Of a stretch of DNA of 59,915 bases, positions 30,140-40,590 are shown piece by piece. Below the pieces are notes generated by a model, which was not told the DNA's origin, searched no databases, and saw only the letters and a list, made by a program, of their open reading frames with translations. A program made the position numbers and the translations under genes. The stretch's first letter is position 1. The number at the start of each line of letters is the position of its first letter. The stretch is from a virus: IMG/VR virus record IMGVR_UViG_3300025117_000028, positions 1-59,915 of that record, one strand, 5' to 3'.

Positions 30140-30574
30140 ATGAGCAATAAAATAAGTCTTTTTGAAAAGTTAGCAGTCAAAGCATTTAATAGTCATTTTG
30201 CAGATTTAGTATCCGACAGACTTGACCCCCTACAAAATGCAAAACAATCTGAAGTTGCTGGCATCATAGTTGAGGTCCATAAAAATAAAAAGATGGCAAA
30301 GATAAGATTAAAAGGACATCAATCTATTTTAGGTGGAAAAAAGTTTTCAATAAAAGATAATCAATATTTAAATGGAATCTGGATCCCTTGTTATGAAACT
30401 GTTTCGCAATTACAGGAAACTTCTTTAGAGATGGGAGATAGTATTATTTATCAATATTACTCCGATATATTATCTGGCGGATTTTATAGGACTAATGATA
30501 GGAGAGTAGGATTACCATCAAGAGCAACTAAAAAACCAATGGGAAGTGCATCTAGTTTTCCTGCTGCTCTGTAG
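30140..30574 (+). CDS. Possible baseplate spike OB-fold protein
   Basis: Follows the hub; 'AGIIVEVHKNKKMAKIRL...WIP' resembles a gpV/gp5 OB-fold. Weak. Confidence 0.35.
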   Translation: MSNKISLFEKLAVKAFNSHFADLVSDRLDPLQNAKQSEVAGIIVEVHKNKKMAKIRLKGHQSILGGKKFSIKDNQYLNGIWIPCYETVSQLQETSLEMGDSIIYQYYSDILSGGFYRTNDRRVGLPSRATKKPMGSASSFPAAL

Positions 30575-30590
30575 TCTTATGGTTTTCAAA

Positions 30591-30600
30591 ATGCTATAAT
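30591..30600 (+). promoter_or_regulatory. Extended -10 promoter-like motif
   Basis: ATGCTATAAT in the intergenic gap; AAGGA RBS downstream before 30627. Confidence 0.5.
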
Positions 30601-30626
30601 AATATCACACTTACATAAAGGATTAT

Positions 30627-30971
30627 ATGGCTGAGGATCTAAAGGTTTTTAAAGTACCAACCGGGGTCGCAGGATTAGCAGTTGGAAAAGAAGAAGTATA
30701 TCTCTCTTCTGGAGGAGATGGGGGATTTTATGCAGGGCAAGGACTTGGTGCTTCCATAACTGGAAAAACTATTGCTTTGAATGCTTCTCCTATGTCTATT
30801 CAGTTTTGTTCGATGGCTGTTCTTAACCCAATGGCTCTATTTGGAATTCCTTCTACTTTCGTAACTCCTACTCCTACATTTATTTTTCAAATTCCTGGAA
30901 TAGGGACTTTAGCTAGAGCAGGGGTCATGGCCGCTGCTATTGCAGGATTATATGCTAGTATGGGTGTATGA
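30627..30971 (+). CDS. Small hydrophobic virion protein (possible spike shaft/tip)
   Basis: Gly-rich short beta strands, then a hydrophobic C-terminus; lies between the spike-like and gp25-like genes. Confidence 0.35.
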   Translation: MAEDLKVFKVPTGVAGLAVGKEEVYLSSGGDGGFYAGQGLGASITGKTIALNASPMSIQFCSMAVLNPMALFGIPSTFVTPTPTFIFQIPGIGTLARAGVMAAAIAGLYASMGV

Positions 30972-31408
30972 GGAACAAGATTTACAATGATTTGTATTTC
31001 TCCGGTCTTGGAGATTTAGCAATTGAGAATGGAGATCTCAAAGATACAGTAGGCGAGGACTATTTAAGATCTGATTATCAAGAACTACATACTATTATGT
31101 CTTCTACTCTAGGAGACTGGGGGATAAGTCCAAGCCTTGGAGCCAACTTAGATTCATTCTTAGGAAGACCATTAACAAAAAGTACTCTGCAAGATATAGA
31201 GTTAAATATAAAAAATGCAATATTCAAAGATTCTATCTTTGCTCTTAATGATGTTTTAGTCGGAGTTATCCCTATTTCAGATCATGAAATATTTGTTAGA
31301 ATTGATTTAGTGGTCGCGCCTTCTTTATTAAATTCTCCTCAAGATGAAACATATAAATTCTCTTTCGTATATGACAGTCAATCTAAAACTCAAATATTCC
31401 TGGAGTGA
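30968..31408 (+). CDS. Baseplate wedge protein, gp25/gpW-like (sheath initiator)
   Basis: 'GDLAIENGDL..GDWGISPSLGANLDSFLGRP..IELNIKNAI'; size, and position before the J-like gene. Confidence 0.75.
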   Translation: MRNKIYNDLYFSGLGDLAIENGDLKDTVGEDYLRSDYQELHTIMSSTLGDWGISPSLGANLDSFLGRPLTKSTLQDIELNIKNAIFKDSIFALNDVLVGVIPISDHEIFVRIDLVVAPSLLNSPQDETYKFSFVYDSQSKTQIFLE

Positions 31409-31410
31409 CA

Positions 31411-32670
31411 ATGGCACTTATTAAAGAAGAAAAAAATATTCGCCTGATGCGGATGATGGATGAAATAAAAGCCAATACTAATTTAAATAGACTAAATTCT
31501 CCTGGCTCTAAAATTCGTTATCTCCTAGAACTGTTTAATGAATATATTGATAATACAGTCACGACCCTAGACACCAATATGAATCAATTACTGTTGTCTT
31601 CGGCTTCAGGCCGTGTGTTAGATATTTTAGGAGAAGCATATGCGGGTTTAACTCGTAGAAATATTAACGTTCCTAGTATTTCGTCAGGAGAAAGAACATT
31701 CTTAATTTATACAAATGAAGCAAACTTCGGAACTATCAATCGCGGAAATAAAATTGTAATTCCTGCGGGAACTTCATTGCATGATGGAAATCCAGATTTG
31801 ACAAAACGTGTTTCTTATTTCCTAAATGGCAATGTAGAACTACAACCTAATGACAGTGCAGTTTATGTGTCGGCTACAGCAGCAGGTGCAAGTGCAAAAT
31901 ACAATATTGCACCTTTTGCTATTAAAGAAATTGCCTTTACTGCTTATACAGATGCGGCCAATAAAACTCTTTTGGCTAAAAATGAAGTTGCCGTAAGTCA
32001 AGCTTCTGGAACAGAAAACGATGAGCAATTTAGATATCGTATAATGAATGCCTTTTTTGAGCGCAAAACATCAACGCAGACAGCCGTAAGGACAGCCGCA
32101 CTCCAGGTATCGGGTGTTGCAGATATAGTCTTCGTTAATCACGCCAGAGGCATAGGGACAGCAGATGTAATAGTGATGTCAACTTCTCCCGAAACATCGA
32201 ACAGACTCCTACAAGATGTCCAGACTCGAATAGACCAAGTAGCTGCTGCGGGATTTTTAGTACAAGCTAAAGCTCCAGTCTATTATGGTTTTTCTATTGA
32301 ACTAACTTTATTTCATAAAGGAAGTATAAGTTCCAGTGTCGCGACTGAAATACGAAGTAACGTCACTAATGCTATTGTCTATTACATAAACAATCTTGGG
32401 CTTGGAGAAACTTTTACTTATAATTATTTGGTAAGTTTAATTTACCAAGCAGATAGTCGGATTGTAGATATGGGATCTGTTGGCAAACCTATAGACATGA
32501 TCTATGTGTTTAAGCCTTCTAAGGTTTCTACTACAAATAAAATTAGATCCAAAGTTGATTCTTCTTATGTCTTACCAACAGCCGAAGCAAAGTTAGTTAT
32601 AGAATCGTCCATCACTTCTCCTATTGCCATTAGATTATTGAATAGCAACATGGAATCTAAAAAGCAATGA
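31411..32670 (+). CDS. Baseplate J-like protein
   Basis: 'ASGRVLDILG..GLTRR', 'IPAGT', 'GTENDEQFRYRI', 'RGIGTADVIV'. The ORF is open from GTG 31405; ATG 31411 has GGAG at better spacing. Confidence 0.85.
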   Translation: MALIKEEKNIRLMRMMDEIKANTNLNRLNSPGSKIRYLLELFNEYIDNTVTTLDTNMNQLLLSSASGRVLDILGEAYAGLTRRNINVPSISSGERTFLIYTNEANFGTINRGNKIVIPAGTSLHDGNPDLTKRVSYFLNGNVELQPNDSAVYVSATAAGASAKYNIAPFAIKEIAFTAYTDAANKTLLAKNEVAVSQASGTENDEQFRYRIMNAFFERKTSTQTAVRTAALQVSGVADIVFVNHARGIGTADVIVMSTSPETSNRLLQDVQTRIDQVAAAGFLVQAKAPVYYGFSIELTLFHKGSISSSVATEIRSNVTNAIVYYINNLGLGETFTYNYLVSLIYQADSRIVDMGSVGKPIDMIYVFKPSKVSTTNKIRSKVDSSYVLPTAEAKLVIESSITSPIAIRLLNSNMESKKQ

Positions 32671-34406
32671 GCCTCACTATCCAATATAGAAATCCGAAAG
32701 AGGGTTTTAAAATAAATAGCAATGCAGTCATTTATATTTATGGCACATCTACTGATGACTTTGCTAACATAACTGTAACTTTAAACGAAGAAGATTTAAC
32801 TTCTTATTTAAGGCAAGTATCTACTAGTGGATTTCTTTTCCTGTATGAACATGTCTTTTTGGGTTCGGAATATACTTTAACTATCGCAGACAGCGACGAA
32901 GAAAATTCGATAGTGTTTTATTCAAGTGAAGAAAAGCCTTTTATAAATCCAGTTGAAACATGTAAATATAGTACCTATACACAGCTAATGGCCAACGAAT
33001 TTCCTGAATGGACAGATGCTCGAAACAATACTTATTCCGTTACCCAACAATTATTAAATCCTTTTGCCAAAGAAATAGAAAAATTAGATAGAATTGCAAT
33101 GATGTATCCGGCGACTCATCTTCCGCAAACTTATGACACAGACGAGTTAGCTGCCATTTCTTACGTGGACTTAGATAATAGTTTCTCCTTTAAAATTTAT
33201 AACGACAGAAGCGGTGAAACAGTATATGTCTCTCCTACTGTATATGGATATAGAGACGGTGAAGTTGTTCTAGTAAGTCCTTTTTTTGCGAATTCTATTT
33301 ATGATTTAGAAAATGTTATCCCCAACAATATTTATATTACAGAAACTGAATATGAAGAGAATGAAGTCCTAGAGACGACTTCTATAAATCTATTACCGAT
33401 CACTAATTTTAAAAATTACAATATACTATATCCCTCGTATTTATATTTAAAAATAGATGACGCCACAAATCTCACATATATTAATCTGAACGCTTCTTAT
33501 ACTACCTATGTGGTTATAAATGGTAGAGATGAAGAAGGAACTAAAATATCAGAAGCTCTTTTTATTCCTTACAGTGGGACATTCGTGACGAAATATAAAT
33601 ATAGTATAGTAGAACAAATTTTATTCAGAGATGTTCATCCAGATAACGTAGGGGCGTTAGCCGTATATCTTAATAAAATAGCAGCAATGGATCAAGTCGA
33701 TGACTTGCATTATGCCAGAACTACTATAAGAAAAAGCCTTAAAAATATTACTTGGACATTAGGAGCCAATCTTAATGGAACGCTTTTACAACAAGAAATT
33801 CTTAGGAGTGACGAACTTGGGTTCTTAGATGAGAACATTGAAATTATTCGTGAATATGAACTCTTAGATAAACAAGGATCTAATGTTACTATCACAGACT
33901 TTGTGACTAAATCAGAAAGCGAATATATTTATGCAATGGATAATAAATATTTATATGTATATGATAAGAGAGACGACTACTCTCCCTATGTAAAATTACT
34001 TTCGGGTCAAACAGATAATCCGGCTTTTATATTTCTACTTGAGGATATCACTACAGCCAGATTATTAGACGGAAGACAAATTTCTTTGGCGATACAACAA
34101 ATCAGATCCACAGATAAACAAGTTAAATATTCAATCAGAATTATTCTGCCTTCTCGGGCATCTTATTATTTAATTCGTGAAGGTGAACTCAACCCTGCAA
34201 TTAATACCTTAGATGACCAAGAACATCTATTTGAATATGATAAAGAAACCAATATCTTTAATTTATATCTTCCTGAATTAGGGGATTATCTTATAGAACT
34301 AAACACTTATCTAGGAAATGAAAAACACATATATAAACTGATCACTTCATGTTATTATAAAAGACCGATAGCTCAATATAGCTTGAAACAATTACAAATT
34401 TTATAA
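32667..34406 (+). CDS. Baseplate-region structural protein
   Basis: ATGA-coupled to J; 'MANEFPEWTDAR..TQQLLNPFAKEIE' resembles a wedge gpI-like helix; beta-rich. Confidence 0.4.
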   Translation: MSLTIQYRNPKEGFKINSNAVIYIYGTSTDDFANITVTLNEEDLTSYLRQVSTSGFLFLYEHVFLGSEYTLTIADSDEENSIVFYSSEEKPFINPVETCKYSTYTQLMANEFPEWTDARNNTYSVTQQLLNPFAKEIEKLDRIAMMYPATHLPQTYDTDELAAISYVDLDNSFSFKIYNDRSGETVYVSPTVYGYRDGEVVLVSPFFANSIYDLENVIPNNIYITETEYEENEVLETTSINLLPITNFKNYNILYPSYLYLKIDDATNLTYINLNASYTTYVVINGRDEEGTKISEALFIPYSGTFVTKYKYSIVEQILFRDVHPDNVGALAVYLNKIAAMDQVDDLHYARTTIRKSLKNITWTLGANLNGTLLQQEILRSDELGFLDENIEIIREYELLDKQGSNVTITDFVTKSESEYIYAMDNKYLYVYDKRDDYSPYVKLLSGQTDNPAFIFLLEDITTARLLDGRQISLAIQQIRSTDKQVKYSIRIILPSRASYYLIREGELNPAINTLDDQEHLFEYDKETNIFNLYLPELGDYLIELNTYLGNEKHIYKLITSCYYKRPIAQYSLKQLQIL

Positions 34407-34415
34407 GGGGTTTAT

Positions 34416-34892
34416 ATGGCAATAATTAAACATATTGTCCAAAAAGATTCTTCGAACCAAGAATATGGCGTCTGCGCTGTTGTTACAGATGGGGCAGTCG
34501 AGACAACTTATGCTGCTGACGAAGGACGAGTTTGGTATAACGAAACTTCAGAAGACCTGAAGTTCAGGCAATCTGCCACAACAAGAACTCTAGGTAAAGA
34601 TATATACCAAGACTTAATTCCAGATACAGATAATACATATGATATAGGGACAGATGCGGCTGCAATTCGAAATATTTTTACTAGAATTCTCACGCTTACG
34701 GCAATACCTACAACTGTTGATCTTACACTTCCTGTTTTATTTTATTCTGATGCTGCAGCTCCTCCAGATGGTCTTTTAACAGCCAAAGCGGGTTCTATTT
34801 GCATTTATAATGCAGGGACTGGGCTTACTGGTGCTATTCAATTTTGGGCGAACCTAGATTCGGGAACTACTTGGGAACAGATAACAACATGA
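34416..34892 (+). CDS. Short fibre-like protein
   Basis: 'LIPDTDNTYDIG' and 'PPDGLLTAKAGSICI...SGTTW' resemble motifs common in phage fibre proteins. Confidence 0.4.
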   Translation: MAIIKHIVQKDSSNQEYGVCAVVTDGAVETTYAADEGRVWYNETSEDLKFRQSATTRTLGKDIYQDLIPDTDNTYDIGTDAAAIRNIFTRILTLTAIPTTVDLTLPVLFYSDAAAPPDGLLTAKAGSICIYNAGTGLTGAIQFWANLDSGTTWEQITT

Positions 34893-35383
34893 TTACGCGT
34901 AATTCATACCAAGGTCAAGATAGTACTATATTACTGTCTTCTCCTTTTTATATAGAAGTGAAAAGGAATGATGAAATTTCTGTCTCTTCTATAGACGTAT
35001 GGATTAATGATACTAAACAAGTAAATGATGGAGTTATTAGCCGAGATACATGGAGGGGAGCAATTACGCTTTTACCGATTCAATATGGATTTGCGGTTTT
35101 TCTTATTCCTCCTCAGTCTTGGTTAGTCGGAGAAAATACCTACAGTATCAATTGGGTAGAGATGGGCAAACCTAGAACAGTCGGTGGTAGTTTCATGGCA
35201 GTATCCGAACCTACTGTTGATCTTGTAGATAAACTTTGGTTTAATCAAGATGGAGTATTGTGCATTTCTACTACAACTGAAAAACAAGTAGAAGTCCGGT
35301 TTAAGTCAGATTATATGTTGGCTGACTACCAAAACAAACGTTTATATTTTAAAGAAAATTATGACCAGGTAGATGTAAGATGA
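34889..35383 (+). CDS. Hypothetical structural protein
   Basis: ATG at 34889 overlaps the previous TGA (ATGA); preferred over the TTG start at 34844 in the ORF track. Confidence 0.5.
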   Translation: MITRNSYQGQDSTILLSSPFYIEVKRNDEISVSSIDVWINDTKQVNDGVISRDTWRGAITLLPIQYGFAVFLIPPQSWLVGENTYSINWVEMGKPRTVGGSFMAVSEPTVDLVDKLWFNQDGVLCISTTTEKQVEVRFKSDYMLADYQNKRLYFKENYDQVDVR

Positions 35384-37215
35384 CACAATATACTCCAGTT
35401 TGTAAAAACGTTGTTACAAACCTTGATGAATTTGGTTTAATAGTAGGATTGAAACGGAACACTGGAGAGTCTTTAGCTTCTTATCGAGACAGAATTCTTC
35501 TACATACTAAAAATCCTCCGACTTCTACTGTAGAAGGCTTGAGAAATGGTATCTCAAATCTTTTTGAGCTAACCGATAATCTTGTACTTTCTTTGAGCCT
35601 CAAACCAATTGCCAGCAATCATACTATATCTACTTCTGTTTCGGTTACAGATACTATCCTTTATGATAGTGAATTGACTTTAACAGCTGGACTTTTAGCC
35701 GGAAAGACCTTACAGATTGGAACCAATAAATGGGTCATTAAAAATAATACGACTACCAGTATTGAAGTAATTAATACTGCTTCTATTATCCAAAGTGATT
35801 GGCGCAATAAACCTTATTATGTTTATCCTGGCAATCCTAAAGTAGATTTAAAACCCGGACGACTTATTTTATATTCTGACTATATTGATACTGATACTTA
35901 TTATGTAGATCTAGATATAGAATTCCTGGAAAATGAAATCCATTATTTATTTGAGTTAGTCGCGTACATTAATAGATATTCTACTTATTGGACTGCAGAA
36001 CTATTATCAGACGATTATAAATATTACCTTGTTAAAACTCTTTATCCTCAAACTAACATAAAGAATGCAACAGAACATGTTACAACTAATCCAGTTAGGA
36101 AATTAGAATACGGAGACATTGTTAGCAAAAGTCTTACTTGTAATAATACCGATGTTCTTATAACAGAAATCAACGATGTTAATATGTTGCTAAACAACGA
36201 GAATCAAACCACAGGTTCATATTATCTATATGACGTAGACCCCAACAACCAATCGACAGTAGTTGTCCCTTATATTGATCATCGGTTACCAGACTTAGTC
36301 TTACATAGCCGCTTTAATAATAGCACTTATAACTATGAGGTTTACCAAGAGAATGAAGTTGGTATAGATACAATCACTAGAGATTTACATACTCTTACTC
36401 ATTGGGATGAATCTGGTTTTTTTTATTTTACTTCTATCGGGACTAAAAGTTATAGAACACATAAGTTGCAAGCGAGTGCTTATACTAATACCCTTCATAG
36501 TCAATTAAGTTATATTGCTGCTTTTGAAAGAATTGGAAGTGTTATATATAATGCTACTAATAAAATTTCCTTAACCGTTAATAAAACTGGAACAGGATTT
36601 ACATGTGATTTCGTGCATCCCTTTGTTGGATATCTTTATGAAATTAAAGGATTTAGAAAAGGTTTAAAAGAAATTATAAAAACCGGGATTACTGGAATGA
36701 GTATCACATTAAACTTTTCTGAATACTTAATTGATTCTAGCGTCTTGTTTCTTCAGGTTTTCTATATAGACGCAACGACTTATAATTTAATTCCGCACAC
36801 CTCTTATAATATCAGTCCAACAAGTCGGGCCATTACTATTAATTTTAATGAGACTCTTTCTGGGAATTATAGAATAGTTATAGGTTGTAATGATAACGTC
36901 CCATTTAATAATTATCGTTCTACATGGGGCGACTATTTTGTAGACTATGCAAAAGGAACGTTATACACACATTCGGCAAATAATACGGGAGCAAGACTTT
37001 CATATCAATATTCAATCACTCCCTATTATGTTCGTTCTAATGATATAATTGTCTATAACATAGGGAATGAAGATTTCTTGCGTTCTAAATCTAGTAAAAC
37101 TGAACAAATAGAATATACACAATATATCAATAAGCTTATTAGAGAAGACTCACAGAAAGAATTATATGAAATTGTGAACGAACTCTTTGGTAAATCTCAA
37201 AGGTGGGGCGAATGA
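35380..37215 (+). CDS. Baseplate wedge protein (gpI-like N-terminus)
   Basis: 'LDEFGLIVGLKRNTGESLASYRDRIL...TVEGLRNGI' fits the LD..G..R..GE...YR.RI wedge motif. Confidence 0.6.
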   Translation: MTQYTPVCKNVVTNLDEFGLIVGLKRNTGESLASYRDRILLHTKNPPTSTVEGLRNGISNLFELTDNLVLSLSLKPIASNHTISTSVSVTDTILYDSELTLTAGLLAGKTLQIGTNKWVIKNNTTTSIEVINTASIIQSDWRNKPYYVYPGNPKVDLKPGRLILYSDYIDTDTYYVDLDIEFLENEIHYLFELVAYINRYSTYWTAELLSDDYKYYLVKTLYPQTNIKNATEHVTTNPVRKLEYGDIVSKSLTCNNTDVLITEINDVNMLLNNENQTTGSYYLYDVDPNNQSTVVVPYIDHRLPDLVLHSRFNNSTYNYEVYQENEVGIDTITRDLHTLTHWDESGFFYFTSIGTKSYRTHKLQASAYTNTLHSQLSYIAAFERIGSVIYNATNKISLTVNKTGTGFTCDFVHPFVGYLYEIKGFRKGLKEIIKTGITGMSITLNFSEYLIDSSVLFLQVFYIDATTYNLIPHTSYNISPTSRAITINFNETLSGNYRIVIGCNDNVPFNNYRSTWGDYFVDYAKGTLYTHSANNTGARLSYQYSITPYYVRSNDIIVYNIGNEDFLRSKSSKTEQIEYTQYINKLIREDSQKELYEIVNELFGKSQRWGE

Positions 37216-40200
37216 CAACTCCTGCTAATCCAAATAAATATGTTAAAGAGTTAGATATAGCGATCGCCCCCTTTGAAGTTGTTTCTAAGTACAATACTAT
37301 CCAACAGTCGAAAAAGGTTAATACTCCTTTTAAATGGGATGGATCTTTTTGGCTTTCAAATCAACGAAAAAATACTGCTGGATTGTTTCCTTCTTTTTGG
37401 GATCCTGTCACATATCCATTAAGTGAAACTGATTATGTTTCCGGTAATGGAGATAATGACGATCTGAAATATATTGGATTAAAACGCCGTATTATAGAAG
37501 ATGAAATAAAATGGTTACCCCAAGTTAAAACAGGAGATTATTTTGTTTTTGATAAATGGCGCCATTTATTTTCTGATGAACATGCAGTTAATATTATAGG
37601 ATATTCAACTAATAGGATCGAAGATACAAAAGAAGAAGTCATCACAACTACTTCTTTAAGAACTGCTGTTCATTTCCTCGATAAGGAAATAGTCCTTTCG
37701 TCTGTCGAAAAGATAGAAGTTGGTAGTCTATTATTCATAGACGGCAAAGTTCCTTTTACAGTCAAAGTTAAGTCTATTGACACAACCAATATAGAAGTAG
37801 AAATCACAGAACCCATCGTCCAACAAAACCTATATGTAAACTATTTTAATGTAGATTGGCTAACGGCTACAGACGCTTACAGTTATACGCCAATTATTTC
37901 GAGTAGCTTATATAAAGGTCTAGATTATGTTTATGATCCAGATAGCGATTTATTCTTTAGGTTGATTGCAGATTCAGGATCTGCTATCGAGTATGTAGCT
38001 CCGCCAGATAATACCTATAAAAAAATTGCATATCTTGTCCATATTGGAGATTATGAACATAGTTCGGTTTTCGCTTTTAATTATGACTATGGAAATATTT
38101 GTTATGTTTCTATTGATTCCGGGGCTCTTATCGCTAAACCTTTTGGAAATAATTATGTAGCTGAAGCCGGAGATACAGTTACTATATTATCTTGTCAAAG
38201 TGTTGGATATTTAAATGATCCAAAACAAGGAGAGGTGATACACTCGCATTCTTTTGAAGATAGTGAAGTTCAAGACTTTAGAAAAGTAGCAAGATTTTCG
38301 TCTTATTTCTCAGACGGAATTGAGACTAATTATAACACTCGCTCTAATATAGATATAGAACGAAATGAATTTCTAGAAGAAAATGTAGACTACTCTTATA
38401 AAACTGCTTTAATTGCCAATGAAGCCTATGCAGAATCTGATGTAAATTGGTTACATACAGAATCTGGAGATTTAGTTATTGATATTGCCAAAGTCCCTAC
38501 TATTTATACAGAAGACAGCGGCAATCCTTTATATCTAAATTACTATGATGGTACTGCTTTTTGTAGACAAATATATATTGATTCAGATAGAGCATTAGTT
38601 ATTAGCGATGAGATAGCTGGAGCATTAGGAAGTTATCAGTGTCTACTTATACAGCCTTACGATATGATCCTGTCTATCGATAGTACTATTCCAGAAATGT
38701 TAGTAGTTAGTACTTTAGCGAGTGAACCCACTTATATTACGAGTAAAACTTTTGGAGTTTGTTACCCAATTTTCTCAAATGGAGAAGGATTTTACAAAAT
38801 CCTTTTTGATGAGTTAACTTTAGAATATGGAATATCCGACATAGAATCTTCAGACTTAGAAGAAACAGACGCTTCTGATGACTGGATTATAGGAGATTAT
38901 TTATATTTTACGCACAAGAATATCAAATCTTTCTTTGTGACAAAAGACGAGAATGGCACCGATTGGACATTTGACGATAATTTAACACCCTATGAGTTTA
39001 ATGAATATAAATTAGACTATCCGACTAAATATTTATTTGCCAATGGCATATTTGATCTAGAAAAAATTGTAGTAGAAGATACAACAGATGGAAATAATTA
39101 TCATGTCATATCTACTATTTCTGGAGTCCTTTCGGGTTATATTACTAGTGATGTCGCAAAAATTATTTCATTAGATTCTACGGATGACTTGATAGATAAT
39201 TTCCTTAGAACAAAGGATGGAGTTCCAATCTGTTATTCTTCAGATCCTCTTACAGATTGGTTAGGTCCTACTCAAGTACTTCGTGGTATGTATTTAGGTA
39301 CTGTTTCTTCTTTTTATGAAGACGAAGACAATGACTATAATCGTGGTTTGGTTGTAAGTGAATCCCTTACTGGCCCTTACTTCATGTATAAAGATGGCTT
39401 ACCAGTAATTAGAAAGATACTTACCTTTACTATTCCGAGTGACGCTTTAATTGAAAGTATTCAATTTACCGACAAGTCAGTATTCAGATATCGGGTCTTC
39501 GCCATGTCCGATCTGAAAAGAGACGGTGCTTATTATATAGATGGGTATACTATCTATCTATGCCCTGCACGAAAAGATAGTGTATATGGATATATTTCTT
39601 ACCGAAAAAATGCAAACTATATCCTATACAATAGAAACATGATTAATAGAGTGGGTTCAATCATAGATCTTCCTGGTACGGTAGATCATGACATTTCTGC
39701 TCCTGCTGTTTCGGGAAGCACTACATTGATTATCACCCAGACAGCATTTGGTACGAATGAGCGTGAAGATCAGTTTTTAAGAGATGCAGATGCGGCCGCA
39801 CATTATGGCCCAGAGTATTGTGGAGATATTGTTTATTCGATAAATGGTGAAGCAGAAATCATTCATGTCCAGTCGAAAGACAACACAACCTATACAGATT
39901 TTATTTTAGATGAAGATATCTTTTTAGCAGTATCAGAACCCTATTGGATATATCCAGAGATTAGACCCGATCATGACTCTGGGTATTTGCATCTGAGTAT
40001 AGAAAGTGCCAATTTCGAAATTATTCCCTATACTTCTTTTGATGGAGCAACTGGTACTTTTACTTTAACTCGTAAGTTAGAAAACAGCCATCTATCAGGA
40101 GCCCATGTTCGTATTGGACCAAGTTGGGATACTATAGATGAAATGGTTATTGGGACTTCGTCTGGTGGCGAGAACCAAGAATTTGATACTAAATTTGCAC

Positions 40201-40589
40201 CTATTGTTGACTGTCTCACCAAGGATAGTATTAAAGTTTATAGTTTTAATAGAGACTTAGGTATATTCGAAGAGTATACTCATCCCGAATCTAACTCATT
40301 TGATTATTCTGGAACCACTGATAAACATTTCATAGTTGATTACTATAATGGGATTATTGGTTTCGGAGATGGAACTAATGGGGAGATACCCGAAGCTGGA
40401 TTGTTAATCCTTTGTACTTATGCACATTCGGTTTCCTACCAATATGAACCACAATTTACCAACAATATATTTACGTCTAGAGAGTGTTCTTTAAATCCTT
40501 TAGACTGCAGTGAGCGGAATAATTTCTTATATTTATATCCGCAAACCAAAGAAGAATTACTTTTGACCCTCTCTGTTGTTGAGGAATAA
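37212..40589 (+). CDS. Large baseplate protein with C-terminal gp6-like 'FGDG..G.IP' domain
   Basis: 'IGTSSGGENQEF...DKHFIVDYYNGIIGFGDGTNGEIPEAG..ILCTY'; ATG 37212 overlaps the previous TGA. Confidence 0.55.
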   Translation: MTTPANPNKYVKELDIAIAPFEVVSKYNTIQQSKKVNTPFKWDGSFWLSNQRKNTAGLFPSFWDPVTYPLSETDYVSGNGDNDDLKYIGLKRRIIEDEIKWLPQVKTGDYFVFDKWRHLFSDEHAVNIIGYSTNRIEDTKEEVITTTSLRTAVHFLDKEIVLSSVEKIEVGSLLFIDGKVPFTVKVKSIDTTNIEVEITEPIVQQNLYVNYFNVDWLTATDAYSYTPIISSSLYKGLDYVYDPDSDLFFRLIADSGSAIEYVAPPDNTYKKIAYLVHIGDYEHSSVFAFNYDYGNICYVSIDSGALIAKPFGNNYVAEAGDTVTILSCQSVGYLNDPKQGEVIHSHSFEDSEVQDFRKVARFSSYFSDGIETNYNTRSNIDIERNEFLEENVDYSYKTALIANEAYAESDVNWLHTESGDLVIDIAKVPTIYTEDSGNPLYLNYYDGTAFCRQIYIDSDRALVISDEIAGALGSYQCLLIQPYDMILSIDSTIPEMLVVSTLASEPTYITSKTFGVCYPIFSNGEGFYKILFDELTLEYGISDIESSDLEETDASDDWIIGDYLYFTHKNIKSFFVTKDENGTDWTFDDNLTPYEFNEYKLDYPTKYLFANGIFDLEKIVVEDTTDGNNYHVISTISGVLSGYITSDVAKIISLDSTDDLIDNFLRTKDGVPICYSSDPLTDWLGPTQVLRGMYLGTVSSFYEDEDNDYNRGLVVSESLTGPYFMYKDGLPVIRKILTFTIPSDALIESIQFTDKSVFRYRVFAMSDLKRDGAYYIDGYTIYLCPARKDSVYGYISYRKNANYILYNRNMINRVGSIIDLPGTVDHDISAPAVSGSTTLIITQTAFGTNEREDQFLRDADAAAHYGPEYCGDIVYSINGEAEIIHVQSKDNTTYTDFILDEDIFLAVSEPYWIYPEIRPDHDSGYLHLSIESANFEIIPYTSFDGATGTFTLTRKLENSHLSGAHVRIGPSWDTIDEMVIGTSSGGENQEFDTKFAPIVDCLTKDSIKVYSFNRDLGIFEEYTHPESNSFDYSGTTDKHFIVDYYNGIIGFGDGTNGEIPEAGLLILCTYAHSVSYQYEPQFTNNIFTSRECSLNPLDCSERNNFLYLYPQTKEELLLTLSVVEE

Positions 40590-40590
40590 A

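Noticed and set aside
30572-30634. Stop-codon recoding or TAG readthrough fusing CDS 30140 to 30627
   Set aside because: The genes are in different frames and readthrough hits TGA after about 19 codons; code 11 already gives near-complete coding density.
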